A stretch of DNA of 64,000 nt from Candidatus Fermentibacteraceae bacterium (lineage in GTDB: Bacteria; Fermentibacterota; Fermentibacteria; Fermentibacterales; JCC-6), in the NCBI GenBank assembly GCA_016744855.1, contig JADGDO010000001.1:256765-320764 (forward strand), read 5' to 3'. This document shows, piece by piece, positions 28,884 through 39,494 of the stretch. The translations under genes were made by a program, and so were the position numbers. The notes below the pieces were generated by a model. The model saw nothing but the letters and a program-made list of their open reading frames with translations. It was not told where the DNA came from and made no database searches. Each line of letters starts with the position of its first letter. Position 1 is the first letter of the stretch.

Positions 28884-31448
28884 TCATGAGTCAAGACGGT
28901 CTCTAAGCAGGTATATAAGTTCCAGTGCTTTACGAGGCGTTAAAGTATCGGGCTCCATCTTTCTGATGTCCTCCAGAACAGGATGCTCAGGATTAGCCAA
29001 TGGAAGTGTCATCTGGCCACTGGCGTCACGATTACTGGACGGCAAAAGATGCTTACCCGATTCGAGATCCCCCAGGACTTTTTTTGCTCGTTTTAGAACA
29101 GCTGACGGTACTCCGGCCATGGCGGCTACATGAATACCGTAAGACCGATCTGCTGCGCCCTCTTCGACCTTATACAAGAAAGCTATTCTTTTGCCTGCTT
29201 CACGAACAACTACATTTGCATTTGAGCACAAAGGCAGTCTCGACGCAAGCGACGTAAGCTCATGATAATGAGTTGCAAACAGAACCAATGGCCTGTGCTC
29301 CGAGTTGTCATGAAGGTACTCCAGCATCGCCCAGGCAATAGAGAGACCATCATAGGTACTTGTACCCCTGCCAACCTCATCGAGTATTGCTAGGCTATGC
29401 TGAGTACTACCATTGAGCATGGCAGCAGCTTCCGCCATTTCAACCAAAAATGTAGACTGCCCTCTTGAAAGACGATCTCCGGAACCTATTCGAGTATAAA
29501 TTCTATCAACTGGACTGAATTTCATAGCCTCGGCGGGAACGAATGATCCAGACTGTGCCAACAGCACAAGAAGAGCTGCTTGCCTGAGGTAGGTTGACTT
29601 TCCAGCCATATTGGGCCCAGTTACTAGAATAATCCGGTTACTGCTGTTCAATGTGGTGTCATTGGGAACACATTCCCCGCGTGGTAGCAGGCTTTCAAGT
29701 ACGGGGTGTCTTCCCTCTGTAATCTCTAAAACCGGGTCACTGGAAATCATCGGTTTTACCCATCCGTATTCAGCGGCGAGACCTGCCAGAGAGGAGAGAA
29801 CATCAAGTTCAGAAAGAGCACGTCCTACCTGTTTGATTCGGTTGACACCCTGAGCCACTTTGCACAGAAGAGCAGTGAAAATATCGTTTTCCAGAATTGC
29901 AATATTCTCATCTGCGTGAAGGATTTTTTCCTCCATTTCCTTCAACTCGGGAGTGATGAAACGTTCCCCTCCTACAAGCGTCTGTTTTCTGATAAAGTAT
30001 TCTGGAACAAGATGCTTAAATGAGTTTGAAACTGAAAGATAATAACCGAACACTCTATTGTACCCTATAGAAAGCTTTTGAATACCTGTGTTGGCTCGCT
30101 CGCGCTCCAATAAATCATTCATCCAGTTCCTGCCATCCGTTTTAACTACTCTGAGTTTGTCAAGCTCAGTGGAGCATCCATCTCTTATATATCCGCCATC
30201 AGTTAGTCTGGCAGGTGGATCATCCGATAGTGTTTTATCTATCTCATCCGCAATATCTGCAAGCGAGTCGATGGTGGATAGATTTTCCAGATGAGCTGAA
30301 AACGAATTTGAAAGAAGCTCTTTCAGGGATGGTATGAGTGTAGCTGTCTGCTGAATCGACCTCAAATCACGCGGTGATGCTCTGAGTGTACCGAGCTTGC
30401 CTCCCTGCCGTTCAAGGTCAGTAGAGTTCTTAAGAATTCCTGAAAGGTGGGAGTGGAGACCCGTAGCTATAAGATCTTCAACAACTTGATGTCTTCTGCT
30501 AATTATTGCTTTGTCCATTGGCGGGGAAACCAGCCACTGCCTCCAGAGTCTTCCACCACCGGATGTTCGAGTCCTGTCTGTTCTAGCGGCTAGAATTGCA
30601 TTTTCTTCACCGGGAGGAGAATCAACTATCCCAAGAGCTCTGGAACTTGATCTATCCATTACCAAATAGTCACTCTGTCGATAGACGCCTCTGAAATCAA
30701 GATGTGAAACATTTGATCTCTTGGTGTGTCCTATGTATGAAAGCAGAGCACCCATAGCAGAAAGAAGAACTGGACTGTCCGCAATGCCGAAACCTTCCGC
30801 AGAAGCTTTTCCGAAAGTATGAGTGACTTCGCGAAGACCGGACTCGGGATCAAATTTCCAACTGTCGAGCGTCGTGGTTTCGCATCCGGCAGGAACATTG
30901 ACGGAATCATCAGAGGATACAATAACTTCCCTGGGTGCTTTTCTTGCAAGCTCAAGCGATAGAAGAGATGCCTCAAGCTCTGAGGCTCTTATATCTCCTG
31001 TGGATAAATCACAAAATACAACTGCTGCACGGTCTTTAAGCACTGCAGCTGATGCCAGAAGAGCCTCGGATCTTTCATCAAGAGCTGAGCCGCTTACGAG
31101 AGTTCCCGGAGTAACAATCTCGACTACATCTCTCTTCACAAGCCCTTTTGCTTTTTTGGGATCTTCTGTCTGTTCACAGACGGCAACACGACATCCTGCT
31201 TTAATCAGTTTTGTTAGATAACCATCGAGTGCATGGTACGGGAAACCAGCTAGAGGAATCCCCTCTCCGGTCTCTTTATTCCTCTGTCTCGCAGTAAGAG
31301 TAATCCCGAGAATCGAAGAAACCTTTTTAGCATCATCCATAAAAGTTTCATAAAAGTCACCCATACGGAAAAGAAGAACTGCATCTTTATAGTCTTCTTT
31401 CATCGCAAGGTACTGCTTCATCATAGGGCTGTTCATTGAAGTAGACAC
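28884..31448 (-). CDS. mutS: DNA mismatch repair protein MutS
   Basis: N-terminal MMKQYLAMKEDYKDAVLLFRMGDFYETF. Walker A GPNMAGKST. 854 aa. Confidence 0.95.
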   Translation of the reverse strand: MSTSMNSPMMKQYLAMKEDYKDAVLLFRMGDFYETFMDDAKKVSSILGITLTARQRNKETGEGIPLAGFPYHALDGYLTKLIKAGCRVAVCEQTEDPKKAKGLVKRDVVEIVTPGTLVSGSALDERSEALLASAAVLKDRAAVVFCDLSTGDIRASELEASLLSLELARKAPREVIVSSDDSVNVPAGCETTTLDSWKFDPESGLREVTHTFGKASAEGFGIADSPVLLSAMGALLSYIGHTKRSNVSHLDFRGVYRQSDYLVMDRSSSRALGIVDSPPGEENAILAARTDRTRTSGGGRLWRQWLVSPPMDKAIISRRHQVVEDLIATGLHSHLSGILKNSTDLERQGGKLGTLRASPRDLRSIQQTATLIPSLKELLSNSFSAHLENLSTIDSLADIADEIDKTLSDDPPARLTDGGYIRDGCSTELDKLRVVKTDGRNWMNDLLERERANTGIQKLSIGYNRVFGYYLSVSNSFKHLVPEYFIRKQTLVGGERFITPELKEMEEKILHADENIAILENDIFTALLCKVAQGVNRIKQVGRALSELDVLSSLAGLAAEYGWVKPMISSDPVLEITEGRHPVLESLLPRGECVPNDTTLNSSNRIILVTGPNMAGKSTYLRQAALLVLLAQSGSFVPAEAMKFSPVDRIYTRIGSGDRLSRGQSTFLVEMAEAAAMLNGSTQHSLAILDEVGRGTSTYDGLSIAWAMLEYLHDNSEHRPLVLFATHYHELTSLASRLPLCSNANVVVREAGKRIAFLYKVEEGAADRSYGIHVAAMAGVPSAVLKRAKKVLGDLESGKHLLPSSNRDASGQMTLPLANPEHPVLEDIRKMEPDTLTPRKALELIYLLRDRLDS

Positions 31449-32356
31449 AAAGCCGCCTCAAACAATTCTCTTGGAACAAGCATTTTCCTACACTGTTCAT
31501 CCCCTGCAGAACACTTTTTGCCACCATGCCTGTGGCATGGTCTGCAAGGTATGGGATTTACCATGAAAGACCCTTTGAAATCCGGAGACCAGAAACCAAG
31601 AGCAGGCGATGTTGAAGTGAAAACAACCTGAACGGGAACACCAAGAGCCATTGCGATGTGGGCAGGGCCAGAGTCGGGCGAAACAAGAAGATCAAGATTC
31701 TCAATTCTATTTATCAGCTCTGATATTCCACCCTCTCCCGCAACAGTTGCAACATCACGATAGCCAGTCTGTTCAACTATGTATTCTGAAAGTGGTAGAT
31801 CATTTGAATCTCCCAAGATGAGTACGCGCGCTCCTTTTACATCACAAAAAAGCCTTGCAAGTTCAGTTACAACTCCGGGTGGGATAGTCTTCATCGGCCA
31901 TCCACCACCTGCCACGATACCTACTGTAAAGTTGTCACCGGAAGGTTTAGAAAGTCTTTCCAGGACAGGATCAGGATTTCCTTTTCCTCCCCATGCATGT
32001 AAATATTCTTCGGCGCGCCAGGGAAGAGTTGTATCAGCTCCAAGCAGTACTTTTCTTCTCTTTCTGCGACTGAATCGGAACCTGTTTACTCGTCTGCCTG
32101 TGAGTGCAAGCCGGGTAGTCGTGTTGTTCTGAAGATCAACAATTGTTGAAAATCCCGCTGAAATCTGTCGCAATTCCCTCCAGCCACCGGTTAGTGACAT
32201 TGACTTAATATCACCGGGAATTCTTTTGATTACGGGTTCGTATACAGGCCTGGATAGAAAAGTAACGGGGTTTTCCTGAGACATCGAATGGGCGGTTCCA
32301 GAGGCAAGAACAACATCTCCAAGAGAGTGAAGCCTAATAATAAGATTTTGCTTCAT
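31433..32356 (-). CDS. glycosyltransferase family 9 (LPS heptosyltransferase-like)
   Basis: N-terminal IRLHSLGDVVLASG heptosyltransferase motif. About 300 aa. Confidence 0.75.
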   Translation of the reverse strand: MKQNLIIRLHSLGDVVLASGTAHSMSQENPVTFLSRPVYEPVIKRIPGDIKSMSLTGGWRELRQISAGFSTIVDLQNNTTTRLALTGRRVNRFRFSRRKRRKVLLGADTTLPWRAEEYLHAWGGKGNPDPVLERLSKPSGDNFTVGIVAGGGWPMKTIPPGVVTELARLFCDVKGARVLILGDSNDLPLSEYIVEQTGYRDVATVAGEGGISELINRIENLDLLVSPDSGPAHIAMALGVPVQVVFTSTSPALGFWSPDFKGSFMVNPIPCRPCHRHGGKKCSAGDEQCRKMLVPRELFEAALCLLQ

Positions 32357-34246
32357 CTAAAATTGCATTTTCCAGAGGGCGTAGTACTTACCCTCAAGCG
32401 CAAGGAGTGTTTCGTGAGTTCCCTCCTCCAGTATCATTCCATCCTCGACATAGAGCACTCTGGAAGCCTTTTTGATGGTACTGAGCCTGTGGGCTATAAC
32501 TAGTGAGGTTCTGCCCTCAACGAGAACATCGATAGCCTGTTGAACAAGTTTCTCACTCTTTGTGTCGAGAGCACTTGTAGCCTCGTCAAAAATGAGAATT
32601 GGAGGGTTCTTGAGAACAGCTCTGGCAATAGCCAAGCGCTGCCTCTGTCCTCCCGAGAGGGTAACTCCTCGTTCGCCTATAACGGTTTCAAAACCATTCG
32701 GCATGTCATTTATAAATTCAATAGCGTTGGCTACTCTTGCGGCTTTTTTTACCTCTTCCAGAGAGATATCTTGGGCTCCGTAGGCAATGTTATTCATGAC
32801 TGTGTCGTTGAAGAGAACTGTTTCCTGCGTTACTACGCCCAGCTGGCTTCTGAGACCGGTGATTGAAAGATTTCTAAGATCCTCATCGTCAAAGAGGATG
32901 CGCCCTTTGTCCGGGTCATAGAATCTCGGAATCATATCAGCGAGGGTACTCTTTCCACCACCGCTCGGTCCAACTAAGGCAATTATCTCACCGGTACGGA
33001 TTTCCAGGCTAACATTCTTCAATACAGGTTTGCTCGGGTCATAACCGAAAGAAACATTCTCGAATCGAATGGATTTAGCCAGAGGTGCTGGAACAACTGG
33101 TGAAGTGGATTCAACAATTGCAGGGGGGGTATCAATTATTCCGAATACCCTCTCCCCCGCAGCAAGACCTGCCTGAATTGACGCATATGTTTTACTGATT
33201 CCTTTTGCCGGGTCCATCATGCTGAGTGCTGCTGCAAGAAATACAACGAATTTCCCGGAAGACATACCGGTACCATCAATAACTGCATTTCCTCCGTACC
33301 ACAATATCACACCGGCGGCCACAGCACCCAGGAATTCGGTAACTGGACCAGAAAGTGCTTTCATTCTGCGCAGGGAAATTTCATACTTCCTATGTGCATT
33401 CACACTCTTTAAGAATCTCTTTTCCTCAAAATTCTCCATTGCAAAGGCCTTAACCACTCTAACTCCAGTAATAGTTTCAGTCAGAAAACTGGCAAAATCT
33501 GCCATTTTTTCCTGTGAACGGTGACTTTTCCTTCTGAGGCTTTTTCCAAGTAAAAGAATCAGAGCCATGCTCGGTGGAAGCACGGCAATAGTAACAAGGG
33601 TAAGCTTCCAGGATACCCACAGGGTTATACCAAAGTAGATTAAAAGAAGAAAAAGCTGCCTGATAAGGGTAATAAGAGACTGAGTAACAGTTCTTTTTAT
33701 CCTTACGACATCTGCAGTCAAACGGGTAGTTAACTCACCCGATCGGCTTCTAGCAAAATATCCTAGATCAAGCCTTAGCATATGGGCATAAACTTTCACT
33801 CTTAGGTCGCGTAACATTCCTTCCTCTACCGCTGCAATGAAAAATGTTTGAAGGAAAAAAGCAAGGTTCTTTATAAGAATAAGAGTGATGATTATTACAA
33901 TTACTGCAAGAAGAGCTTGGGAGGGTGCTGAAATGTGTATGCCTTCAAGAAATGCACCGGGTACTGCTCGCGCTTTTTCCATGAGCAAAGAGGTGTCACC
34001 ACTGAGAAATGCGGTTTTCAATTCCGCAAGACTTGGATATAAAGTTTGGGACATCGCAGTTTGAATATCCATAGATGAATCTGGAGATCCACCTGCTCCA
34101 AGCACATCATCAAATATCGGAAGCAGCATAGCAAGGGTTGCTCCGCTGGAGGCGGCAAAAATTAATGCGAACAGAAGCGCAAGTGTAACCCGACCTCTAT
34201 AGGGGCTAGCCATGGCAAGTATCCTAAGAAATATGTTATTCTTCAT
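32357..34246 (-). CDS. msbA: ABC transporter permease/ATP-binding protein, MsbA-like lipid exporter
   Basis: Six-TM N-terminal domain. Walker A GPSGGGKST, signature LSGGQRQRLAIARA, Walker B ILIFDEATSALD. Confidence 0.85.
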   Translation of the reverse strand: MKNNIFLRILAMASPYRGRVTLALLFALIFAASSGATLAMLLPIFDDVLGAGGSPDSSMDIQTAMSQTLYPSLAELKTAFLSGDTSLLMEKARAVPGAFLEGIHISAPSQALLAVIVIIITLILIKNLAFFLQTFFIAAVEEGMLRDLRVKVYAHMLRLDLGYFARSRSGELTTRLTADVVRIKRTVTQSLITLIRQLFLLLIYFGITLWVSWKLTLVTIAVLPPSMALILLLGKSLRRKSHRSQEKMADFASFLTETITGVRVVKAFAMENFEEKRFLKSVNAHRKYEISLRRMKALSGPVTEFLGAVAAGVILWYGGNAVIDGTGMSSGKFVVFLAAALSMMDPAKGISKTYASIQAGLAAGERVFGIIDTPPAIVESTSPVVPAPLAKSIRFENVSFGYDPSKPVLKNVSLEIRTGEIIALVGPSGGGKSTLADMIPRFYDPDKGRILFDDEDLRNLSITGLRSQLGVVTQETVLFNDTVMNNIAYGAQDISLEEVKKAARVANAIEFINDMPNGFETVIGERGVTLSGGQRQRLAIARAVLKNPPILIFDEATSALDTKSEKLVQQAIDVLVEGRTSLVIAHRLSTIKKASRVLYVEDGMILEEGTHETLLALEGKYYALWKMQF

Positions 34247-34336
34247 AGTGCCTATTCTGCTGAATGAAGTGGCTCTAGGTCAAGCTTGTCGTTCGCTGGA
34301 ACAAATTCTGCATCCGTGGGTAGATATCGTTAGATT

Positions 34337-34951
34337 ATGATTAACCACGGAGGAAGCATGTTAAGGACAAATGTCGTGACGAACAAAATCAAGAAGGACC
34401 CCAGGTCAGATTCGCAGTTGATGATTGATCTGTGCAACGGAGATGAAAATGCTTTCAGTCATGTAGTTAAGAGGTTCCAGCGCCCACTTTTCTCCCATCT
34501 GATCCGTATGCTGGGTAATGAGGAAGATGCCGAGGAACAGCTTCAAATGACATTCTGCCGGGTTTATAAATACAGAAATAACTACGACCCTGAACGTCCC
34601 CTTATAACTTGGGTTTACACCATCGCAAGCAACTTGGCCAAGAAAGAATGGAGACGACGTTCACGGTGGTCTATGGTCTCTCTTGAAAAAGTGGTACTCA
34701 AAGGTTCTCACAAGATGACTCCTCATTACCGCGAGGGGCGACGAGAACTCGGTGCAAGCATAGAAGAGGCAATCAATGAGCTTCCAGAGCACTACAGAGA
34801 GCCTTTCATGCTCCGCGAAAAACAGGGTTTTTCTTACGAGGAGATTGCAGAGATCATGGGAATCAAGATAGGAACTGTTAAATCCAGAATAAACAGAGCG
34901 CGTGCCGGTCTTCGAGACTCCCTTGAAGATGTATGGGAGATGTGGAAATGA
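34337..34951 (+). CDS. RNA polymerase ECF-type sigma-70 factor
   Basis: Region 2 (FQRPLFSHLIRMLGNEEDAEE) and region 4 HTH (SYEEIAEIMGIKIGTVKSRINRAR). Confidence 0.85.
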   Translation: MINHGGSMLRTNVVTNKIKKDPRSDSQLMIDLCNGDENAFSHVVKRFQRPLFSHLIRMLGNEEDAEEQLQMTFCRVYKYRNNYDPERPLITWVYTIASNLAKKEWRRRSRWSMVSLEKVVLKGSHKMTPHYREGRRELGASIEEAINELPEHYREPFMLREKQGFSYEEIAEIMGIKIGTVKSRINRARAGLRDSLEDVWEMWK

Positions 34952-35403
34952 AATGTAATGAAGCACTGCTTTTAATGGATTCTGTTCTTGATGGAGAGGC
35001 TACCGCCGAGGAAGAACAGCTTTTACGATTCCATGTGAACGGATGCCTTGAGTGCCGTAAGACTCTTCTTCTGAACAGATCAATCAGTGAAAAAATTACA
35101 GAGCTCGAGGAACCCGAAGTTCCCTCTGACCTGCTAGACAAGATTCAACTCAGACTTTCTTCGGAAAACTATGATCATTCTCCTGTTGTTACTAAAAAAA
35201 GTTTCAGATTCCCAACTTGGAGAATAGCGGCAGTTATACCGTTCGCAGCTGCTCTTGTATTCCTTTTGCAGAATTTTGCAGGAGATAATTCAAACAGCTA
35301 TGGAAACACCGTGAACACAGCCTCCGCCCGAGAAACAGATACGCAATATGCACCAACACCGGTTGTAGCCTATTCAAGACCCTCTTCAGTCTCAACCTTT
35401 TAA
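34948..35403 (+). CDS. anti-sigma factor, zinc-finger (zf-HC2) type, single-pass membrane
   Basis: ATGA start/stop overlap with the sigma gene. HVNGCLEC H-x3-C-x2-C motif. One TM segment (WRIAAVIPFAAALVFLL). Confidence 0.7.
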   Translation: MKCNEALLLMDSVLDGEATAEEEQLLRFHVNGCLECRKTLLLNRSISEKITELEEPEVPSDLLDKIQLRLSSENYDHSPVVTKKSFRFPTWRIAAVIPFAAALVFLLQNFAGDNSNSYGNTVNTASARETDTQYAPTPVVAYSRPSSVSTF

Positions 35404-35409
35404 AAGCCC

Positions 35410-36264
35410 ATGATAACAATTATTCTAGCAGCTATTGTTTCCTCAGGACTTTTCCCCTCTCTGATGAATTCACCTGCCATCTCAGTAGGAAGAATCTCCA
35501 GCGAGGGTGATTTTGTGGAGGTATGCAGCGGCGCTGCTTTATCTCCCAGCCATGCTGTTACTCTTTTTGCGTTTACAGAAGGCTCAGATATTTTTGTTAT
35601 TGATGAAGGTTCCCGGCTTTATCCCGATTCGGTAATACACTTCAGGGATATGGGGCTTTCAATGCTTCTTTTTTACGAGAATGTCTTCACCTCATATGAA
35701 CAACCGAGAAATACCTCTCCGGCAAATGGAGCTGCGCTTATGGTTGTTGCGGACCATCCGACTGGTCTCTCAGTTATTCGTACCTTTCCAATGGAACAGC
35801 TCTCGGATGGTGCTCTCCTCCTTGCATCTCCACCAGAATCAGAGTTTATGGGTGCACCTGTTTTTGATGCCTATGACAGACTGACAGGAATAATAACAGG
35901 CTCATTCGACCCAGGTGACGGCAGAGGTGAGCTTATGGCTCTACTCCCCTGCAACCTTTGGTATTTCTGGGCAGGAACACTTTTAGCTGATGCTGGTCTA
36001 GATACACCAGCATTTGGAGTAACTGCAATGCCAGCGACTTCAGGTCTTTCAGCCGTTCAGGGAATCCTTCTTCTTGATGTTGAAGTAAACTCACTTGCCC
36101 ACATCTGCGGCCTCGAAGAGGGAGATATCATCATGGAAATTAATGGAGAAAGAGTTTATCATCCAGAAGCTCTAAAGGCGATGATTCAGAATTCTTCAGA
36201 AGAACTTGAACTGACTGTTCAACGAGACTCGGATACAACTGAAGTGATTATTCCCTCACTCTGA
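35410..36264 (+). CDS. DegP/DegS-like trypsin-fold protein with C-terminal PDZ domain; catalytic Ser motif apparently degenerate
   Basis: PDZ domain (GILLLDVEVNSLAHICGLEEGDIIMEINGERV). The region aligning to GNSGGPL reads ESEFMGAPVF, with no Ser. Confidence 0.5.
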   Translation: MITIILAAIVSSGLFPSLMNSPAISVGRISSEGDFVEVCSGAALSPSHAVTLFAFTEGSDIFVIDEGSRLYPDSVIHFRDMGLSMLLFYENVFTSYEQPRNTSPANGAALMVVADHPTGLSVIRTFPMEQLSDGALLLASPPESEFMGAPVFDAYDRLTGIITGSFDPGDGRGELMALLPCNLWYFWAGTLLADAGLDTPAFGVTAMPATSGLSAVQGILLLDVEVNSLAHICGLEEGDIIMEINGERVYHPEALKAMIQNSSEELELTVQRDSDTTEVIIPSL

Positions 36265-37215
36265 TTACTTTATGAGAAGAGATACCTTGTCTTCCCAAGC
36301 AACCAGTGCAACTTCACAATCTTCAGAGAGAATTACAGTCGAATGACTTCCGAACTCGGTTGACCTCCAGCCAATTTCTCCGTTCGCAAGACATACCTGG
36401 ATTCCATGTGAAGGGCATACAGCGTAGATACATGAGAGTGCACTGTCCGCAGCGGCTGAAATCGGAGTCTCTGGAAAGGTGTACATGGATTGAATGACAA
36501 GATCCTCTGGTGAACTCACCGCAACCTCATTCCAGGCGTCAGTTGAGAATACGAGATATTCATTCCCGGCTCTGTTCATGAAAAGCAGATTTCCATTTAC
36601 GTCTTCTATAGCAATCCTAGAAAATGAAGGAACAGAAACCGATAGCATTTTACCGTCGGAATACCCAAGAACCAGCAACTCGCGGAACCCCTGCATACAC
36701 GTTATGTCACCTACTTCCGGGGTGAAGGTTCCAAGAGGCGATAAATCCGCTGCACTGTAGAGTGAGATCGAACCATCATCAAGAAGAACAACAGGATTAT
36801 TCCCGCAAATAGTCAAGGCTTCTGCTGTTCCCGAAAGCTCAGTGGAATTTGTAATGGAAAAACCCTCTATCGAGATTAGCTTGTTGGAGGAGGTTAGAAA
36901 TATCCCAGTATCCGAGCCGGTTACAAGAGAGGTAATCTCACCGCCTGCTGAAGTTTTACCGTGAATTCTTCCATGTCTCAATTCCATGTGGTACAGAGTG
37001 TCACCGGAAGCTATCAGCCCATAGTTACCGTCGGTGGAAAAAACCGGAGAAATTTTAACGAAAGCAGGGAACGACGCTTCTCCCGCTTTGTAGGTTGGGA
37101 AAGTGACTGCTTCCTCCGCTCCCACAATGCACGAAGCAAGTGGGAGAAGAGAAAGAATCAGATAAAATGCGTATTTAGCGGACAACAGCAATTTTCCGTG
37201 TAATTGTTGAATCAT
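36265..37215 (-). CDS. lipoprotein, beta-propeller-like repeat protein
   Basis: Lipobox LLPLASC. Repetitive beta-strand-rich sequence. Confidence 0.4.
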   Translation of the reverse strand: MIQQLHGKLLLSAKYAFYLILSLLPLASCIVGAEEAVTFPTYKAGEASFPAFVKISPVFSTDGNYGLIASGDTLYHMELRHGRIHGKTSAGGEITSLVTGSDTGIFLTSSNKLISIEGFSITNSTELSGTAEALTICGNNPVVLLDDGSISLYSAADLSPLGTFTPEVGDITCMQGFRELLVLGYSDGKMLSVSVPSFSRIAIEDVNGNLLFMNRAGNEYLVFSTDAWNEVAVSSPEDLVIQSMYTFPETPISAAADSALSCIYAVCPSHGIQVCLANGEIGWRSTEFGSHSTVILSEDCEVALVAWEDKVSLLIK

Positions 37216-39403
37216 CTGTCTGCATCATCACGAAGTAAACTCCAGGAGTGAGTTGTGAAGAATCAAATGTTCTGGAAGAATTGCCAGCTGCCATGGTACC
37301 GTTCTGAACAACAGAAACTACTCTTCCTGCAAGATCAAGTATGCTGATGTTAACATTGCCGGCTCCCGGAGCTGTGAATGCAATGCTAGCCATTCCGCTT
37401 ACAGGACTGGGGCTTATAGGGAAAAGCTCTGCTGAGAAAGACTGTCCGCCCTCTATGCCTGTTGCAACCACATCAATGGTACCAGTAAGAGAAGCGTAGT
37501 TGTGAAGTCTTATTCCATAATAGAGATCTTTGCCCTCAAGGGAAGTGAAGTCCAACTGTACTTGTCCCGAAGCATCTGTGATCTGCTGGGCGTAAAACGA
37601 TTCGGTGAGGGTAGGATGATTACCGACACCATCTGTTACAGTCACAACAGCACCTTCAAGTGGTGAACCGCCGGATGTTACGGTAAGATTCAGTGAATTG
37701 GCACCGAAATTAACATACGAGGGTACATCGATCTCCATACCAAAAGGTGCTCCGCTTACATCGCTTGTTGGGATATCCATGGATGGATCACCAAACCAGT
37801 GATACATCCGGGCATTATTCAATCCTGATCCTCCCTGGGTCTGTATGATGTCGGTCTGACTCGCTGCGAACATTTCACCAGCACAGGTATTTCCTTCATC
37901 AAAAATTTCCCAGAAAAGGACTCTCTGCATTCTATGGTTGGCAGTGGTACCCGATGGAGCGCTTGCACCAAGAGTACCGCTTGAACCGATTCCCTGGCCA
38001 TCCAACCATGATTCTGAAAGGCAATTGTATGTTAAATCATGCTCACCATTGTTACAGCAGACATTGAAAACAGGGGGAAAAAAGGTATTCTCAAGCCCAT
38101 ATATATCTCCAGCATTCCAGCTGCCTAACCATTGCCAGGTAGTAGTAGATCCGTGACCTCTGTAGTTTACTATTCCAACACCCGCATCAATTGCAGCTGC
38201 AACCTGTTCCGGATACCCTGTTCCACCCTCGCCTGCATAAGCAGTTTCAAACACAATATCTGCGAGATCATAGTCCCATGTGCGTACAGCTTCACTATTC
38301 GCTGTATACTTGCCGGGGTACTCTTCCTGATGAGCAGCAAGAATAACACTGGCCGGAAGTGAAGGCTCTCCTGGAACTCCTTCGTAAGTTATGTAAGACA
38401 TTGTTTTAGCAGTTTGATTCTCAAGCTGGGTGCTATTGCCTGGATATCTTCCAACAGCAATATCAGGATAGTTGTCCGGGGACATAAGCTCGTAATAAAA
38501 ATCTCCAACAAATGTACCATAATTTTTGGATTCAAGCTGCTGATGGCGAGCTGGAATCAATGCAAATCTGGTTACACCTTCCTGATAAGTAGCTTTAATA
38601 AGAGAGGCAATCTGGTAGCTGTTCAGGCTCTCTTCAGCCTCTATGATGTTAACATGGTGTCCGAGAGAATTTACCATAGTAAGAAGAGGTGTTATTGTCT
38701 CTAGATTCTCCGGTGGGACAACGCAAATGTATACAATATCGTCCTCTGATACTGGGGAAGAATCAACAGCTATATTTAAAGCATCATAGTTAACTATCCG
38801 TGAGTGGTGCATGTTTGCAATTTCGGGTCGCACAGAAGTTTGATAAGCTCCGGAACCTGTGAAGTCCACTCTTGCTGTTATGGAAGATGCTACCTGGAAT
38901 TCACCGGTATCTGCATTCCATGTAAAGGGATTCATCTGAAGAACAACAGTATTTACCCCTGCCCAAACACCGGGGTTAAAAAGATTTACTGTTTGAGATG
39001 GATAGACGCCCTCAAGATTAGAAGAGAGTTCCGTAAAAAATAGAGGGGACTCATTGCAATCCATAAGAACGGGTTGAACGGGATAAGGTATTCCGTAACC
39101 GGCTCCCTGCCAATCTGCGGCAATAAGTGTTACGGAAGCTTCCATGCCTGCAGGAACACCTAAAACAACAGGAATAAGAGGTAGCTGCGGGTTACCCACA
39201 GGTGCATCCATATCCCAGTCAAATTCAGTAACATCAAAACGGGTGTATTCTGAAAATTCCTCAAGGGTATACCCGGAAAGATCCAGTTGGATAACTACAT
39301 GAGATTCGTCCTCAGAAAGTACTACTACTTCAGATGCTGAAGAATAATCTCCACCGAGAGAAACCCAGGAACCAAGGACTGACAGAACAAGAAAAATCAT
39401 CAT
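37175..39403 (-). CDS. peptidase C25 (gingipain-like) family protein with T9SS C-terminal sorting domain
   Basis: Signal peptide. Catalytic-type His (RGHGSTTTW) and Cys (NVCCNNGE) are ~33 residues apart, as in gingipains. The C-terminal ~80 aa Por CTD ends ...GVYFVMMQTDDSTITRKIAVVR. Confidence 0.55.
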   Translation of the reverse strand: MMIFLVLSVLGSWVSLGGDYSSASEVVVLSEDESHVVIQLDLSGYTLEEFSEYTRFDVTEFDWDMDAPVGNPQLPLIPVVLGVPAGMEASVTLIAADWQGAGYGIPYPVQPVLMDCNESPLFFTELSSNLEGVYPSQTVNLFNPGVWAGVNTVVLQMNPFTWNADTGEFQVASSITARVDFTGSGAYQTSVRPEIANMHHSRIVNYDALNIAVDSSPVSEDDIVYICVVPPENLETITPLLTMVNSLGHHVNIIEAEESLNSYQIASLIKATYQEGVTRFALIPARHQQLESKNYGTFVGDFYYELMSPDNYPDIAVGRYPGNSTQLENQTAKTMSYITYEGVPGEPSLPASVILAAHQEEYPGKYTANSEAVRTWDYDLADIVFETAYAGEGGTGYPEQVAAAIDAGVGIVNYRGHGSTTTWQWLGSWNAGDIYGLENTFFPPVFNVCCNNGEHDLTYNCLSESWLDGQGIGSSGTLGASAPSGTTANHRMQRVLFWEIFDEGNTCAGEMFAASQTDIIQTQGGSGLNNARMYHWFGDPSMDIPTSDVSGAPFGMEIDVPSYVNFGANSLNLTVTSGGSPLEGAVVTVTDGVGNHPTLTESFYAQQITDASGQVQLDFTSLEGKDLYYGIRLHNYASLTGTIDVVATGIEGGQSFSAELFPISPSPVSGMASIAFTAPGAGNVNISILDLAGRVVSVVQNGTMAAGNSSRTFDSSQLTPGVYFVMMQTDDSTITRKIAVVR

Positions 39404-39494
39404 CTGAACAACCTCCTGAAATGAATTTTGAGTTAATCATGCAGTAACATAACAACTAAAGAATAGATGTGTTCCCTTATGATATGATTACGGT

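Noticed and set aside
34247-34336. ECF-type promoter (GGAAC…CGTT) in the msbA/sigma divergent region
   Set aside because: GGAAC is present, but the spacing to the nearest CGTT (~25 nt) does not fit the 16-17 nt ECF spacing. Not reported as a feature.
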